Source: Cyanophora paradoxa CCMP329 (lineage: Eukaryota; Plantae; Glaucophyta). From it: a stretch of 64,000 nucleotides of DNA. Below are positions 21,601-36,600 of this stretch, piece after piece (the stretch's first letter is position 1; each line of letters begins with the position of its first letter). The notes beneath the pieces are model-generated. The model made no database searches, was not told the DNA's origin, and saw only the letters and a program-made list of their open reading frames with translations. The position numbers were made by a program, and so were the translations under genes. Location: positions 85,814 to 149,813 of the forward strand of contig QPMI01000107.1 in the NCBI GenBank assembly GCA_004431415.1, given 5' to 3'.

Positions 21601-24600
21601 ATCCGAGTCCTTCCCGGCGATCCCGTCCGGCTCGCCGGACGTCGTGTAGTCCGCCTTGTACCAGTACTGCGTCCCCGCCACGCGAGCCGTGTCGGTGTAC
21701 ACGTAGTCACCCTCCGGCTCCGGCTTGCTGTTGATCTCCGCGATCTCCTGGTACGTCCCGTCGACCGACGGCGCGCGGTAGATGCGAATCGTCACTGCCG
21801 CCGCCTGCTCCGGCACCGGGCGGTCCACCACCAGCGTGATCGCCGACGTGTTGCGGTCGATGCCCGTCGCCGTGATCTTGGGTCTGGCGGCGATGTCCGT
21901 CTCCGCCAGTGCCGACCCGTTCGGCGAGTTCGTGTACAGCGTGAACAGCGTCGCCTGGTAGAAGTAGAGCAGGCCAGGGGCGAGCTCGTCGTCGATGAAC
22001 TCGTACGTGTCCAACGTGCTGACTGCGCCCTGCGAGCCAACGAGCGAGCCGTTGCGATACAAGTCGATCCGCTTGATGACCGGCAGGAGGTCCTCGGCCG
22101 GGCTGGTCTGCATCGCCGGGTCCGCCGGCCTGTTCGGGTACACCACCTGGACCTTCACCGCCGTCGCGTTCGGGTAGGCCGGCTCGAAGCTCACATACAG
22201 CTTCGGCGCTGCCGGGCTCGCCTGCGTCACCTGGAGGACGTCCGAGGTCGGCGAGTTCAGCCCCGTCGTAGTGTAGTACGCCGTGATGTTCGACGTCGTC
22301 GCCGGCTCCAGGCCCGTGAGCGTTATGCAGTCCTCGAACTCGTCCTCCTTGGGGATGGAGAACGTGTAGGGGGTGCTTGTCGGAAGGTACAGGCGGGAGA
22401 ACTCCGTCGTCTTGATCTCAGCGTGGCTGAGGTTTCGCGGGTACGTCACGCAGATCTTCACGGTCGTCGCGGTGACCAGCGTGTACGAGATGGTCGGCTT
22501 CACCACCAGCAGCGCCGTCACGTGGAGCGGATCCGAGATCAGGCCCCTCTCATTGCGCTCCAAGCCGTTGTAGAAGACCAAGCCCTCGTACTGCGCCGTG
22601 TACTCGTACGTGATGCCGGGGTTGATGGCCCGGTGCCGTCAACGCACGACGCGAGCCAGTTGTCCGACGCCTCGCTGCACACTCGCGACGAGTTGCGCAA
22701 CAGGAACGTCTCGGAGACGCGGAGCTTGTTGAGGTCGGTCTCCGCGAGGTCCACCCTCAGGTCGAATTCCGTCTTGTAGCCCAGGGACAGCTGGGGCGCC
22801 GGCGGGCCGGTGCGGGCCTGCTTCGATTCGCTCTCCTTCGAGTCCGCAGGCGTCAGGTACACCACCTTGTACCAGTAATCCGTCTGGTGCGCGCGGCCCG
22901 TGTCCACGTGGCGGTACACCCCATCACTGTCCGCCGTCGGGACCGTCGCGACCGTCGTCCACTCACTCCCCGCCGCGCTGGACATCGCCCGGGAGATCCG
23001 CACCCCCGTCACATTCACCACGGGGTCGAGCGTCGGCAGCTCGACCTCCAACCACACCGCCGTCGCGTTGACGGCAGTCGTCGTGAGGGTCGGCTGCGGC
23101 GAGTCGTCCGTTGTCGCCGACGCCGTGTTCGAGTCCTGCGAGGGCCCACCCACGAGGTCGCAATCGCCCAGCACGAGTACGTCGTGCTCGGCTGCAGGGA
23201 CACGAGGACCTCCTCCGCCAGGCCCATCCGCTCGATGGCCACCGTGCGCGCCGTGTTCGTGTCATTGCAGGTCAGCTGGTAGTTGTCGGCAAGCACGTTG
23301 CTCGCGTCGTGCTCGATTTCGATGTGAACCTTGATGGTGTTCGAGTCCACCATCGTCATCGTCACGACGGGGCCTTCGGCGGCAGCGTCACCGCCACGTC
23401 GCCCACCTCGCTTCTCGTGCCCCTTGGCCCTCGAACACGCACTTCCACACGTACGCCGTCGCCCAGTCCACCTTGTAGCCCGTCGCGCCGTTTTCACTCG
23501 AAACGACGAACTGCGCGCCCGAGACGGTGAAGGTGACCGCCGACGCGTTGGCCCAGCAGACCGTCCTCACGACGACGCTCTCGAGCCCCAGCGGCAGAGA
23601 AACGTTCACCGTCACCGACGGGTAGTTCGTGTTCGCGTGGATGACCGGCACAGGCGCAGGCAGGGCGGTCCAGAGCTCCTTCTTCGCCGACTCCGGCGAC
23701 GTGACACGCACCCCGCCATTGTCGACCGTCAGCAGCGCCGTGTAGTTGTACGCGCGGCCCTCGGCCAGGCCGGTGTCGTTGAATCGGAGACAGCAGCGGC
23801 TCGGATCGTCAAGGCGATGGCACGGCCCGCAGCTCGACGGCGAGAGCGGGATCGTCACGATCGGGCTGGAGCCGGCGCCGTCGCGGTAGAGCTCCGTCCC
23901 GTTGCTCTTCTCCCACCCCACAGGGAGCTCAATCTCCACGCTGATGGTCGAGGTCGTTGCCCGGTACGGGCCCTTGACGACCAGCGGTGCTTCTGGTGGC
24001 GTCGTCACGTTGAAGTGCGCGCGCTCGCTCGTCAGCCCCTCCTGGCCAATGTAGTGCGCCGTGTACGTGTACAAAGTCGCGGGCCTCGCCCCTGCGTCCA
24101 CGCACGTGGCCGTGCCGCCCACCCGCCCAACCATCCGATCGGGTTCGGCGCCGAGCAGCTGAAGCTGAAGCTGTCGCGCGACACCACCAAGCCGGTGACG
24201 GAGCTGTTCGCCACCGACGGCGCCATGTGCAGGCTGACAGTGACCGCGCTGGAGCCCGTCACCGTGGCCGAGTTCAGGCTGAACGCCGGCGGCGACGGCG
24301 CGGTCCACGCCCCGTCCGCAACGCTCAGATCCGAGTCCTTCCGGCGATCCCGTCCGGCTCGCCGGACGTCGTGTAGTCCGCCTTGTACCAGTACTGCGTC
24401 CCGCCACGCGAGCCGTGTCGGTGTACACGTAGTGGCCCTCCGGCTCCGGCTTGCTGTTGATCTCCGCGATCTCCTGGTACGTCCGTCGACCGACGGCGCG
24501 CGGTAGATGCGAATCGTCACTGCCGCCGCCTGCTCCGGCACCGGGCGGTCCACCACCAGCGTGATCGCCGACGTGTTGCGGTCGATGCCCGTCGCCGTGA

Positions 24601-27600
24601 TCTTGGGTCTGGCGGCGATGTCCGTCTCCGCCAGTGCCGACCCGTTCGGCGAGTTCGTGTACAGCGTGAACAGCGTCGCCTGGTAGAAGTAGAGCAGGCC
24701 AGGGGCGAGCTCGTCGTCGATGAACTCGTACGTGTCCAACGTGCTGACTGCGCCCTGCGAGCCAACGAGCGAGCCGTTGCGATACAAGTCGATCCGCTTG
24801 ATGACCGGCAGGAGGTCCTCGGCCGGGCTGGTCTGCATCTCCGGGTCCGCAGGCTCGTTCGGGTACACCACCTGGACCTTCACCGCCGTCGCGTTCGGGT
24901 AGGCCGGCTCGAAGCTCACATACAGCTTCGGCGCTGCCGGGCTCGCCTGCGTCACCTGGAGGACGTCCGAGGTCGGCGAGTTCAGCCCCGTCGTAGTGTA
25001 GTACGCCGTGATGTTCGACGTCGTCGCCGGCTCCAGGCCCGTGAGCGTTATGCAGTCCTCGAACTCGTCCTCCTTGGGGATGGAGAACGTGTTGGGGGTG
25101 CTTGTCGGAAGGTACAGGCGGGAGAACTCCGTCGTCTTGATCTCAGCGTGGCTGAGGTTTCGCGGGTACGTCACGCAGATCTTCACGGTCGTCGCGGTGA
25201 CCAGCGTGTACGAGATGGTCGGCTTCACCACCAGCAGCGCCGTCACGTGGAGCGGATCCGAGATCAGGCCCCTCTCATTGCGCTCCAAGCCGTTGTAGAA
25301 GACCAAGCCCTCGTACTGCGCCGTGTACTCGTACGTGATGCCGGGGTTGATGGCCCCGGTGCCGTCAACGCACGACGCGAGCCAGTTGTCCGACGCCTCG
25401 CTGCACACTCGCGACGAGTTGCGCAACAGGAACGTCTCGGAGACGCGGAGCTTGTTGAGGTCGGTCTCCGCGAGGTCCACCCTCAGGTCGAATTCCGTCT
25501 TGTAGCCCAGGGACAGCTGGGGCGCCGGCGGGCCGGTGCGGGCCTGCTTCGATTCGCTCTCCTTCGAGTCCGCAGGCGTCAGATACACCGCCTTGTACCA
25601 GTAATCCGTCTGGTGCGCGCGGCCCGCGTCCACGTGGCGGTACACCCCATCACTGTCCGCCGTCGGGACCGTCGCGACCGTCGTCCACTCACTCCCCGCC
25701 GCGCTGGACATCGCCCGGGAGATCCGCACCCCCGTCACATTCACCACGGGGTCGAGCGTCGGCAGCTCGACATCCAACCACACCGCCGTCGCGTTGACGG
25801 CAGTCGTCGTGAGGGTCGGCTGCGGCGAGTCGTCCGTCGTCACCGACGCCGTGTTCGAGTCCTGCGAGGGGCCCACCCACGAGGTCGCAATCGCCCAGCA
25901 CGAGTACGTCGTGCTCGGCTGCAGGGACACGAGGACCTCCTCCGCCAGGCCCATCCGCTCGATGGCCACCGTGCGCGCCGTGTTCGTGTCATTGCAGGTC
26001 AGCTGGTAGTTGTCGGCAAGCACGTTGCTCGCGTCGTGCTCGATTTCGATGTGAACCTTGATGGTGTTCGAGTCCACCATCGTCATCGTCACGGCGGGGG
26101 CCTTCGGCGGCAGCGTCACCGCCACGTCGCCCACCTCGCTTCTCGTGCCCCCTTGGCCCTCGAACACGCACTTCCACACGTACGCCGTCGCCCAGTCCAC
26201 CTTGTAGCCCGTCGCGCCGTTTTCACTCGAAACGACGAACTGCGCGCCCGAGACGGTGAAGGTGACCGCCGACGCGTTGGCCCAGCAGACCGTCCTCACG
26301 ACGACGCTCTCGAGCCCCAGCGGCAGGGAAACGTTCACTGTCACCGACGGGTAGTTCGTGTTCGCGTGGATGACCGGCACAGGCGCAGGCAGGGCGGTCC
26401 AGAGCTCCTTCTTCGCCGACTCCGGCGACGTGACGCGCACCCCGCCATTGTCGACCGTCAGCAGCGCCGTGTAGTTGTACACATGGCCCTCGGCCAGGCC
26501 GGTGTCGTTGAATCGGAGACAGCAGCGGCTCGGATCGTCAAGGCGATGGCACGGCCCGCAGCTCGACGGCGAGAGCGGGATCGTCACGATCGGGCTGGAG
26601 CCGGCGCCGTCGCGGTAGAGCTCCGTCCCGTTGCTCTTCTCCCACCCCACAGGGAGCTCAATCTCCACGCTGATGGTCGAGGTCGTTGCCCGGTACGGGC
26701 CCTTGACGACCAGCGGTGCTTCTGGTGGCGTCGTCACGTTGAAGTGCGCGCGCTCGCTCGTCAGCCCCTCCTGGCCAATGTAGTGCGCCGTGTACGTGTA
26801 CAAAGTCGCGGGCCTCGCCCCTGCGTCCACGCACGTGGCCGTGCCGCCCACCCCGCCCAACCATCCGATCGGGTTCGGCGCCGAGCAGCTGAAGCTGAAG
26901 CTGTCGCGCGACACCACCAAGCCGGTGACGGAGCTGTTCGCCACCGACGGCGCCATGTGCAGGCTGACAGTGACCGCGCTGGAGCCCGTCACCGTGGCCG
27001 AGTTCAGGCTGAACGCCGGCGGCGACGGCGCGGTCCACGCCCCGTCCGCATCGCTCAGATCCGAGTCCTTCCCGGCGATCCCGTCCGGCTCGCCGGACGT
27101 CGTGTAGTCCGCCTTGTACCAGTACTGCGTCCCCGCCACGCGAGCCGTGTCGGTGTACACGTAGTGGCCCGCCGGCTCCGGCTTGCTGTTGATCTCCGCG
27201 ATCTCCTGGTACGTCCCGTCGACCGACGGCGCGCGGTAGATGCGAATCGTCACTGCCGCCGCCTGCTCCGGCACCGGGCGGTCCACCACCAGCGTGATCG
27301 CCGACGTGTTGCGGTCGATGCCCGTCGCCGTGATCTTGGGCTTGGCGGCGATGTCCGTCTCCGCCAGTGCCGACCCGTTCGGGGAGTTCGTGTACAGCGT
27401 GAACAGCGTCGCCTGGTAGAAGTAGAGCAGGCCAGGGGCGAGCTCGTCGTCGATGAACTCGTACGTGTTCAACGTGCTGACTGCGCCCTGCGAGCCAACG
27501 AGCGAGCCGTTGCGATACAAGTCGATCCGCTTGATGACCGGCAGGAGGTCCTCGGCCGGGCTGGTCTGCATCTCCGGGTCCGCCGGCCTGTTCGGGTACA

Positions 27601-30600
27601 CCACCTGGACCTTCACCGCCGTCGCGTTCGGGTAGGCCGGCTCGAAGCTCACATACAGCTTCGGCGCTGCCGGGCTCGCCTGCGTCACCTGGAGGACGTC
27701 CGAGGTCGGCGAGTTCAGCCCCGTCGTAGTGTAGTACGCCGTGATGTTCGACGTCGTCGCCGGCTCCAGGCCCGTGAGCGTTGTGCAGTCCTCGAACTCG
27801 TCCTCCTTGGGGATGGAGAACGTGTAGGGGGTGCTTGTCGGAAGGTACAAGCGGGAGAACTCCGTCGTCTTAATCTCAGCGTGGCTGAGGTTTTGCGGGT
27901 ACGTCACGCAGATCTTCGCGGTCGTCGCGGTGACCAGCGTGTACGAGATGGTCGGCTTCACCACCAGCAGCGCCGTCACGTGGAGCGGATCCGAGATCAT
28001 GCCCCTCTCATTGCGCTCCAAGCCGTTGTAGAAGACCAAGCCCTCGTACTGCGCCGTGTACTCGTACGTGATGCCGGGGTTGATGGCCCCGGTGCCATCA
28101 ACGCACGACGCGAGCCAGTTGTCCGACGCCTCGCTGCACACTCGCGACGAGTTGCGCAACAGGAACGTCTCGGAGACGCGGAGCTTGTTGAGGTCGGTCT
28201 CCGCGAGGTCCACCCTCAGGTCGAATTCCGTCTTGTAGCCCAGGGACAGCTGGGGCGCCGGCGGGCCGGTGCGGGCCTGCTTCGATTCGCTCTCCTTCGA
28301 GTCCGCAGGCGTCAGGTACACCGCCTTGTACCAGTAATCCGTCTGGTGCGCGCGGCCCGTGTCCACGTGGCGGTACACCCCATCACTGTCCGCCGTCGGG
28401 ACCGTCGCGACCGTCGTCCACTCACTCCCCGCCGCGCTGGACATCGCCCGGGAGATCCGCACCCCCGTCACATTCACCACGGGGTCGAGCGTCGGCAGCT
28501 CGACCTCCAACCACACCGCCGTCGCGTTGACGGCAGTCGTCGTGAGGGTCGGCTGCGGCGAGTCGTCCGTTGTCGCCGACGCCGTGTTCGAGTCCTGCGA
28601 GGGGCCCACCCACGAGGTCGCAATCGCCCAGCACGAGTACGTCGTGCTCGGCTGCAGGGACACGAGGACCTCCTCCGCCAGGCCCATCCGCTCGATGGCC
28701 ACCGTGCGCGCCGTGTTCGTGTCATTGCAGGTCAGCTGGTAGTTGTCGGCAAGCACGTTGCTCGCGTCGTGCTCGATTTCGATGTGAACCTTGATGGTGT
28801 TCGAGTCCACCATCGTCATCGTCACGACGGGGGCCTTCGGCGGCAGCGTCACCGCCACGTCGCCCACCTCGCTTCTCGTGCCCCCTTGGCCCTCGAACAC
28901 GCACTTCCACACGTACGCCGTCGCCCAGTCCACCTTGTAGCCCGTCGCGCCGTTTTCACTCGAAACGACGAACTGCGCGCCCGAGACGGTGAAGGTGACC
29001 GCCGACGCGTTGGCCAGCAGACCGTCCTCACGACGACGCTCTCGAGCCCCAGCGGCAGGGAAACGTTCACCGTCACCGACGGGTAGTTCGTGTTCGCGTG
29101 GATGACCGGCACAGGCGCAGGCAGGGCGGTCCAGAGCTCCTTCTTCGCCGACTCCGGCGACGTGACGCGCACCCCGCCATTGTCGACCGTCAGCAGCGCC
29201 GTGTAGTTGTACGCGCGGCCCTCGGCCAGGCCGGTGTCGTTGAATCGGAGACAGCAGCGGCTCGCATCGTCAAGGCGATGGCACGGCCCGCAGCTCGACG
29301 GCGAGAGCGGGATCGTCACGATCGGGCTGGAGCCGGCGCCGTCGCGGTAGAGCTCCGTCCCGTTGCTCTTCTCCCACCCCACAGGGAGCTCAATCTCCAC
29401 GCTGATGGTCGAGGTCGTCGCCCGGTACGGGCCCTTGACGATCAGCGGTGCTTCTGGTGGCGTCGTCACGTTGAAGTGCGCGCGTTCGCTCGTCAGCCCC
29501 TCCTGGCCAATGTAGTGCGCCGTGTACGTGTACAAAGTCGCGGGCCTCGCCCCTGCGTCCACGCACGTGGCCGTGCCGCCCACCCCGCCCAACCATCCGA
29601 TCGGGTTCGGCGCCGAGCAGCTGAAGCTGAAGCTGTCGCGCGACACCACCAAGCCGGTGACGGAGCTCTTCGCCACCGACGGCGCCATGTGCAGGCTGAC
29701 AGTGACCGCGCTGGAGCCCGTCACCGTGGCCGAGTTCAGGCTGAACGCCGGCGGCGACGGCGCGGTCCACGCCCCGTCCGCAACGCTCAGATCCGAGTCC
29801 TTCCCGGCGATCCCGTCCGGCTCGCCGGACGTCGTGTAGTCCGCCTTGTACCAGTACTGCGTCCCCGCCACGCGAGCCGTGTCGGTGTACACGTAGTGGC
29901 CCTCCGGCTCCGGCTTGCTGTTGATCTCCGCGATCTCCTGGTACGTCCCGTCGACCGACGGCGCGCGGTAGATGCGAATCGTCACTGCCGCCGCCTGCTC
30001 CGGCACCGGGCGGTCCACCACCAGCGTGATCGCCGACGTGTTGCGGTCGATGCCCGTCGCCGTGATCTTGGGCTTGGCGGCGATGTCCGTCTCCGCCAGT
30101 GCCGACCCGTTCGGGGAGTTCGTGTACAGCGTGAACAGCGTCGACTGGTAGAAGTAGAGCAGGCCAGGGGCGAGCTCGTCGTCGATGAACTCGTACGTGT
30201 CCAACGTGCTGACTGCGCCCTGCGAGCCAACGAGCGAGCCGTTGCGATACAGGTCGATCCGCTTGATGACCGGCAGGAGGTCCTCGGCCGGGCTGGTCTG
30301 CATCTCCGGGTCCGCAGGCTCATTCCGGTACACCACCTGGACTTCACCGCCGTCGCGTTCGGGTAGGCCGGCTCGAAGCTCACATACAGCTTCGGCGCTG
30401 CCGGGCTCGCCTGCGTCACCTGGAGGACGTCCGAGGTCGGCGAGTTCAGCCCCGTCGTAGTGTAGTACGCCGTGATGTTCGACGTCGTCGCCGGCTCCAG
30501 GCCCGTGAGCGTTATGCAGTCCTCGAACTCGTCCTCCTTGGGGATGGAGAACGTGTAGGGGTGCTTGTCGGAAGGTACAGGCGGGAGAACTCCGTCGTCT

Positions 30601-33600
30601 TAATCTCAGCGTGGCTGAGGTTTCGCGGGTACGTCACGCAGATCTTCGCGGTCGTCGCGGTGACCAGCGTGTACGAGATGGTCGGCTTCACCACCAGCAG
30701 CGCCGTCACGTGGAGCGGATCCGAGATCAGGCCCCTCTCATTGCGCTCCAAGCCGTTGTAGAAGACCAAGCCCTCGTACTGCGCCGTGTACTCGTACGTG
30801 ATGCCGGGGTTGATGGCCCCGGTGCCGTCAACGCACGACGCGAGCCAGTTGTCCGACGCCTCGCTGCACACTCGCGACGAGTTGCGCAACAGGAACGTCT
30901 CGGAGACGCGGAGCTTGTTGAGGTCGGTCTCCGCGAGGTCCACCCTCAGGTCGAATTCCGTCTTGTAGCCCAGGGACAGCTGGGGCGCCGGCGGCCGGTG
31001 CGGGCCTGCTTCGATTCGCTCTCCTTCGAGTCCGCAGGCGTCAGGTACACCGCCTTGTACCAGTAATCCGTCTGGTGCGCGCGGCCCGTGTCCACGTGGC
31101 GGTACACTCCGTCGCTGTCCGCCGTCGGGACCATCGCGACCGTCGTCCACTCACTCCCCGCCGCGCTGGACATCGCCGGGAGATCCGCACCCCCGTCACA
31201 TTCACCACGGGGTCGAGCGTCGGCAGCTCGACCTCCAACCACACCGCCGTCGCGTTGACGGCAGTCGTCGTGAGGGTCGGCTGCGGCGAGTCGTCCGTTG
31301 TCGCCGACGCCGTGTTCGAGTCCTGCGAGGGGCCCACCCACGAGGTCGCAATCGCCCAGCACGAGTACGTCGTGCTCGGCTGCAGGGACACGAGGACCTC
31401 CTCCGCCAGGCCCATCCGCTCGATGGCCACCGTGCGCGCCGTGTTCGTGTCATTGCAGGTCAGCTGGTAGTTGTCGGCGAGCACGTTGCTCGCGTCGTGC
31501 TCGATTTCGATGTGAACCTTGATGGTGTTCGAGTCCACCATCGTCATCGTCACGGCGGGGGCCTTCGGCGGCAGCGTCACCGCCACGTCGCCCACCTCGC
31601 TTCTCGTGCCCCCTTGGCCCTCGAACACGCACTTCCACACGTACGCCGTCGCCCAGTCCACCTTGTAGCCCGTCGCGCCGTTTTCACTCGAAACGACGAA
31701 CTGCGCGCCCGAGACGGTGAAGGTGACCGCCGACGCGTTGGCCCAGCAGACCGTCCTCACGACGACGCTCTCGAGCCCCAGCGGCAGGGAAACGTTCACC
31801 GTTACCGACGGGTAGTTCGTGTTCGCGTGGGTGACCGGCACAGGCGCAGGCAGGGCGGTCCAGAGCTCCTTCTTCGCCGACTCCGGCGACGTGACGCGCA
31901 CCCCGCCATTGTCGACCGTCAGCAGCGCCGTGTAGTTGTACGCGCGGCCCTCGGCCAGGCCGGTGTCGTTGAATCGGAGACAGCAGCGGCTCGGATCGTC
32001 AAGGCGATGGCACGGCCCGCAGCTCGACGGCGAGAGCGGGATCGTCACGATCGGGCTGGAGCCGGCGCCGTCGCGGTAGAGCTCCGTCCCGTTGCTCTTC
32101 TCCCACCCCACAGGGAGCTCAATCTCCACGCTGATGGTCGAGGTCGTTGCCCGGTACGGGCCCTTGACGACCAGCGGTGCTTCTGGTGGCGTCGTCACGT
32201 TGAAGTGCGCGCGTTCGCTCGTCAGCCCCTCCTGGCCAATGTAGTGCGCCGTGTACGTGTACAAAGTCGCGGGCCTCGCCCCTGCGTCCACGCACGTGGC
32301 CGTGCCGCCCACCCCGCCCAACCATCCGATCGGGCTCGGCGCCGAGCAGCTGAAGCTGAAGCTGTCGCGCGACACCACCAAGCCGGTGACGGAGCTGTTC
32401 GCCACCGACGGCGCCATGTGCAGGCTGACAGTGACCGCGCTGGAGCCCGTCACCGTGGCCGAATTCAGGCTGAACGCCGGCGGCGACGGCGCGGTCCACG
32501 CCCCGTCCGCATCGCTCAGATCCGAGTCCTTCCCGGCGATCCCGTCCGGCTCGCCGGACGTCGTGTAGTCCGCCTTGTACCAGTACTGCGTCCCCGCCAC
32601 GCGAGCCGTGTCGGTGTACACGTAGTGGCCCTCCGGCTCCGGCTTGCTGTTGATCTCCGCGATCTCCTGGTACGTCCCGTCGACCGACGGCGCGCGGTAG
32701 ATGCGGATCGTCACTGCCGCCGCCTGCTCCGGCACCGGGCGGTCCACCACCAGCGTGATCGCCGACGTGTTGCGGTCGATGCCCGTCGCCGTGATCTTGG
32801 GCTTGGCGGCGATGTCCGTCTCCGCCAGTGCCGACCCGTTCGGGGAGTTCGTGTACAGCGTGAACAGCGTCGCCTGGTAGAAGTAGAGCAGGCCAGGGGC
32901 GAGCTCGTCGTCGATGAACTCGTACGTGTTCAACGTGCTGACTGCGCCCTGCGAGCCAACGAGCGAGCCGTTGCGATACAGGTCGATCCGCTTGATGACC
33001 GGCAGGAGGTCCTCGGCCGGGCTGGTCTGCATCTCCGGGTCCGCAGGCTCATTCCGGTACACCACCTGGACCTTCACCGCCGTCGCGTTCGGGTAGGCCG
33101 GCTCGAAGCTCACATACAGCTTCGGCGCTGCCGGGCTCGCCTGCGTCACCTGGAGGACGTCCGAGGTCGGCGAGTTCAGCCCCGTCGTAGTGTAGTACGC
33201 CGTGATGTTCGACGTCGTCGCCGGCTCCAGGCCCGTGAGCGTTATGCAGTCCTCGAACTCGTCCTCCTTGGGGATGGAGAACGTGTAGGGGGTGCTTGTC
33301 GGAAGGTACAGGCGGGAGAACTCCGTCGTCTTGATCTCAGCGTGGCTGAGGTTTCGCGGGTACGTCACGCAGATCTTCGCGGTCGTCGCGGTGACCAGCG
33401 TGTACGAGATGGTCGGCTTCACCACCAGCAGCGCCGTCACGTGGAGCGGATCCGAGATCAGGCCCCTCTCATTGCGCTCCAAGCCGTTGTAGAAGACCAA
33501 GCCCTCGTACTGCGCCGTGTACTCGTACGTGATGCCGGGGTTGATGGCCCCGGTGCCATCAACGCACGACGCGAGCCAGTTGTCCGACGCCTCGCTGCAC

Positions 33601-36600
33601 ACTCGCGACGAGTTGCGCAACAGGAACGTCTCGGAGACGCGGAGCTTGTTCAGGTCGGTCTCCGCGAGGTCCACCCTCAGGTCGAATTCCGTCTTGTAGC
33701 CCAGGGACAGCTGGGGCGCCGGCGGGCCGGTGCGGGCCTGCTTCGATTCGCTCTCCTTCGAGTCCGCAGGCGTCAGGTACACCGCCTTGTACCAGTAATC
33801 CGTCTGGTGCGCGCGGCCCGTGTCCACGTGGCGGTACACTCCGTCGCTGTCCGCCGTCGGGACCATCGCGACCGTCGTCCACTCACTCCCCGCCGCGCTG
33901 GACATCGCCCGGGAGATCCGCACCCCCGTCACATTCACCACGGGGTCGAGCGTCGGCAGCTCGACCTCCAACCACACCGCCGTCGCGTTGACGGCAGTCG
34001 TCGTGAGGGTCGGCTGCGGCGAGTCGTCCGTCGTCACCGACGCCGTGTCCGAGTCCTGCGAGGGGCCCACCCACGAGGTCGCAATCGCCCAGCACGAGTA
34101 CGTCGTGCTCGGCTGCAGGGACACGAGGACCTCCTCCGCCAGGCCCATCCGCTCGATGGCCACCGTGCGCGCCGTGTTCGTGTCATTGCAGGTCAGCTGG
34201 TAGTTGTCGGCGAGCACGTTGCTCGCGTCGTGCTCGATTTCGATGTGAACCTTGATGGTGTTCGAGTCCACCATCGTCATCGTCACGACGGGGGCCTTCG
34301 GCGGCAGCGTCACCGCCACGTCGCCCACCTCGCTTCTCGTGCCCCCTTGGCCCTCGAACACGCACTTCCACACGTACGCCGTCGCCCAGTCCACCTTGTA
34401 GCCCGTCGCGCCGTCTTCACTCGAAACGACGAACTGCGCGCCCGAGACGGTGAAGGTGACCGCCGACGCGTTGGCCCAGCAGACCGTCCTCACGACGACG
34501 CTCTCGAGCCCCAGCGGCAGGGAAACGTTCACCGTTACCGACGGGTAGTTCGTGTTCGCGTGGGTGACCGGCACAGGCGCAGGCAGGGCGGTCCAGAGCT
34601 CCTTCTTCGCCGACTCTGGCGACGTGACGCGCACCCCGCCATTGTCGACCGTCAGCAGCGCCGTGTAGTTGTACGCGCGGCCCTCGGCCAGGCCGGTGTC
34701 GTTGAATCGGAGACAGCAGCGGCTCGCATCGTCAAGGCGATGGCACGGCCCGCAGCTCGACGGCGAGAGCGGGATCGTCACGATCGGGCTGGAGCCGGCG
34801 CCGTCGCGGTAGAGCTCCGTCCCGTTGCTCTTCTCCCAGCCCACAGGGAGCTCAATCTCCACGCTGATGGTCGAGGTCGTCGCCCGGTACGGGCCCTTGA
34901 CGACCAGCGGTGCTTCTGGTGGCGTCGTCACGTTGAAGTGCGCGCGCTCGCTCGTCAGCCCCTCCTGGCCAATGTAGTGCGCCGTGTACGTGTACAAAGT
35001 CGCGGGCCTCGCCCCTGTGTCCACGCACGTGGCCGTGCCGCCCACCCCGCCCAACCATCCGATCGGGTTCGGCGCCGAGCAGCTGAAGCTGAAGCTGTCG
35101 CGCGACACCACCAAGCCGGTGACGGAGCTGTTCGCCACCGACGGCGCCATGTGCAGGCTGACAGTGACCGCACTGGAGCCCGTCACCGTGGCCGAATTCA
35201 GGCTGAACGCCGGCGGCGACGGCGCGGTCCACGCCCCGTCCGCATCGCTCAGATCCGAGTCCTTCCCGGCGATCCCGTCCGGCTCGCCGGACGTCGTGTA
35301 GTCCGCCTTGTACCAGTACTGCGTCCCCGCCACGCGAGCCGTGTCGGTGTACACGTAGTGGCCCTCCGGCTCCGGCTTGCTGTTGATCTCCGCGATCTCC
35401 TGGTACGTCCCGTCGACCGACGGCGCGCGGTAGATGCGAATCGTCACTGCCGCCGCCTGCTCCGGCACCGGGCGGTCCACCACCAGCGTGATCGCCGACG
35501 TGTTGCGGTCGATGCCCGTCGCCGTGATCTTGGGTCTGGCGGCGATGTCCGTCTCCGCCAGTGCCGACCCGTTCGGGGAGTTCGTGTACAGCGTGAACAG
35601 CGTCGCCTGGTAGAAGTAGAGCAGGCCAGGGGCGAGCTCGTCGTCGATGAACTCGTACGTGTCCAACGTGCTGACTGCGCCCTGCGAGCCAACGAGCGAG
35701 CCGTTGCGATACAGGTCGATCCGCTTGATGACCGGCAGGAGGTCCTCGGCCGGGCTGGTCTGCATCTCCGGGTCCGCAGGCTCATTCCGGTACACCACCT
35801 GGACCTTCACCGCCGTCGCGTTCGGGTAGGCCGGCTCGAAGCTCACATACAGCTTCGGCGCTGCCGGGCTCGCCTGCGTCACCTGGAGGACGTCCGAGGT
35901 CGGCGAGTTCAGCCCCGTCGTAGTGTAGTACGCCGTGATGTTCGACTTCGTCGCCGGCTCCAGGCCCGTGAGCGTTATGCAGTCCTCGAACTCGTCCTCC
36001 TTGGGGATGGAGAACGTGTAGGGGGTGCTTGTCGGAAGGTACAGGCGGGAGAACTCCGTCGTCTTAATCTCAGCGTGGCTGAGGTTTCGCGGGTACGTCA
36101 CGCAGATCTTCGCGGTCGTCGCGGTGACCAGCGTGTACGAGATGGTCGGCTTCACCACCAGCAGCGCCGTCACGTGGAGCGGATCCGAGATCAGGCCCCT
36201 CTCATTGCGCTCCAAGCCGTTGTAGAAGACCAAGCCCTCGTACTGTGCCGTGTACTCGTACGTGATGCCGGGGTTGATGGCCCCGGTGCCGTCAACGCAC
36301 GACGCGAGCCAGTTGTCCGACGCCTCGCTGCACACTCGCGACGAGTTGCGCAACAGGAACGTCTCGGAGACGCGGAGCTTGTTGAGGTCGGTCTCCGCGA
36401 GGTCCACCCTCAGGTCGAATTCCGTCTTGTAGCCCAGGGACAGCTGGGGCGCCGGCGGGCCGGTGCGGGCCTGCTTCGATTCGCTCTCCTTCGAGTCCGC
36501 AGGCGTCAGATACACCGCCTTGTACCAGTAATCCGTCTGGTGCGCGCGGCCCGCGTCCACGTGGCGGTACACCCCATCGCTGTCCGCCGTCGGGACCGTC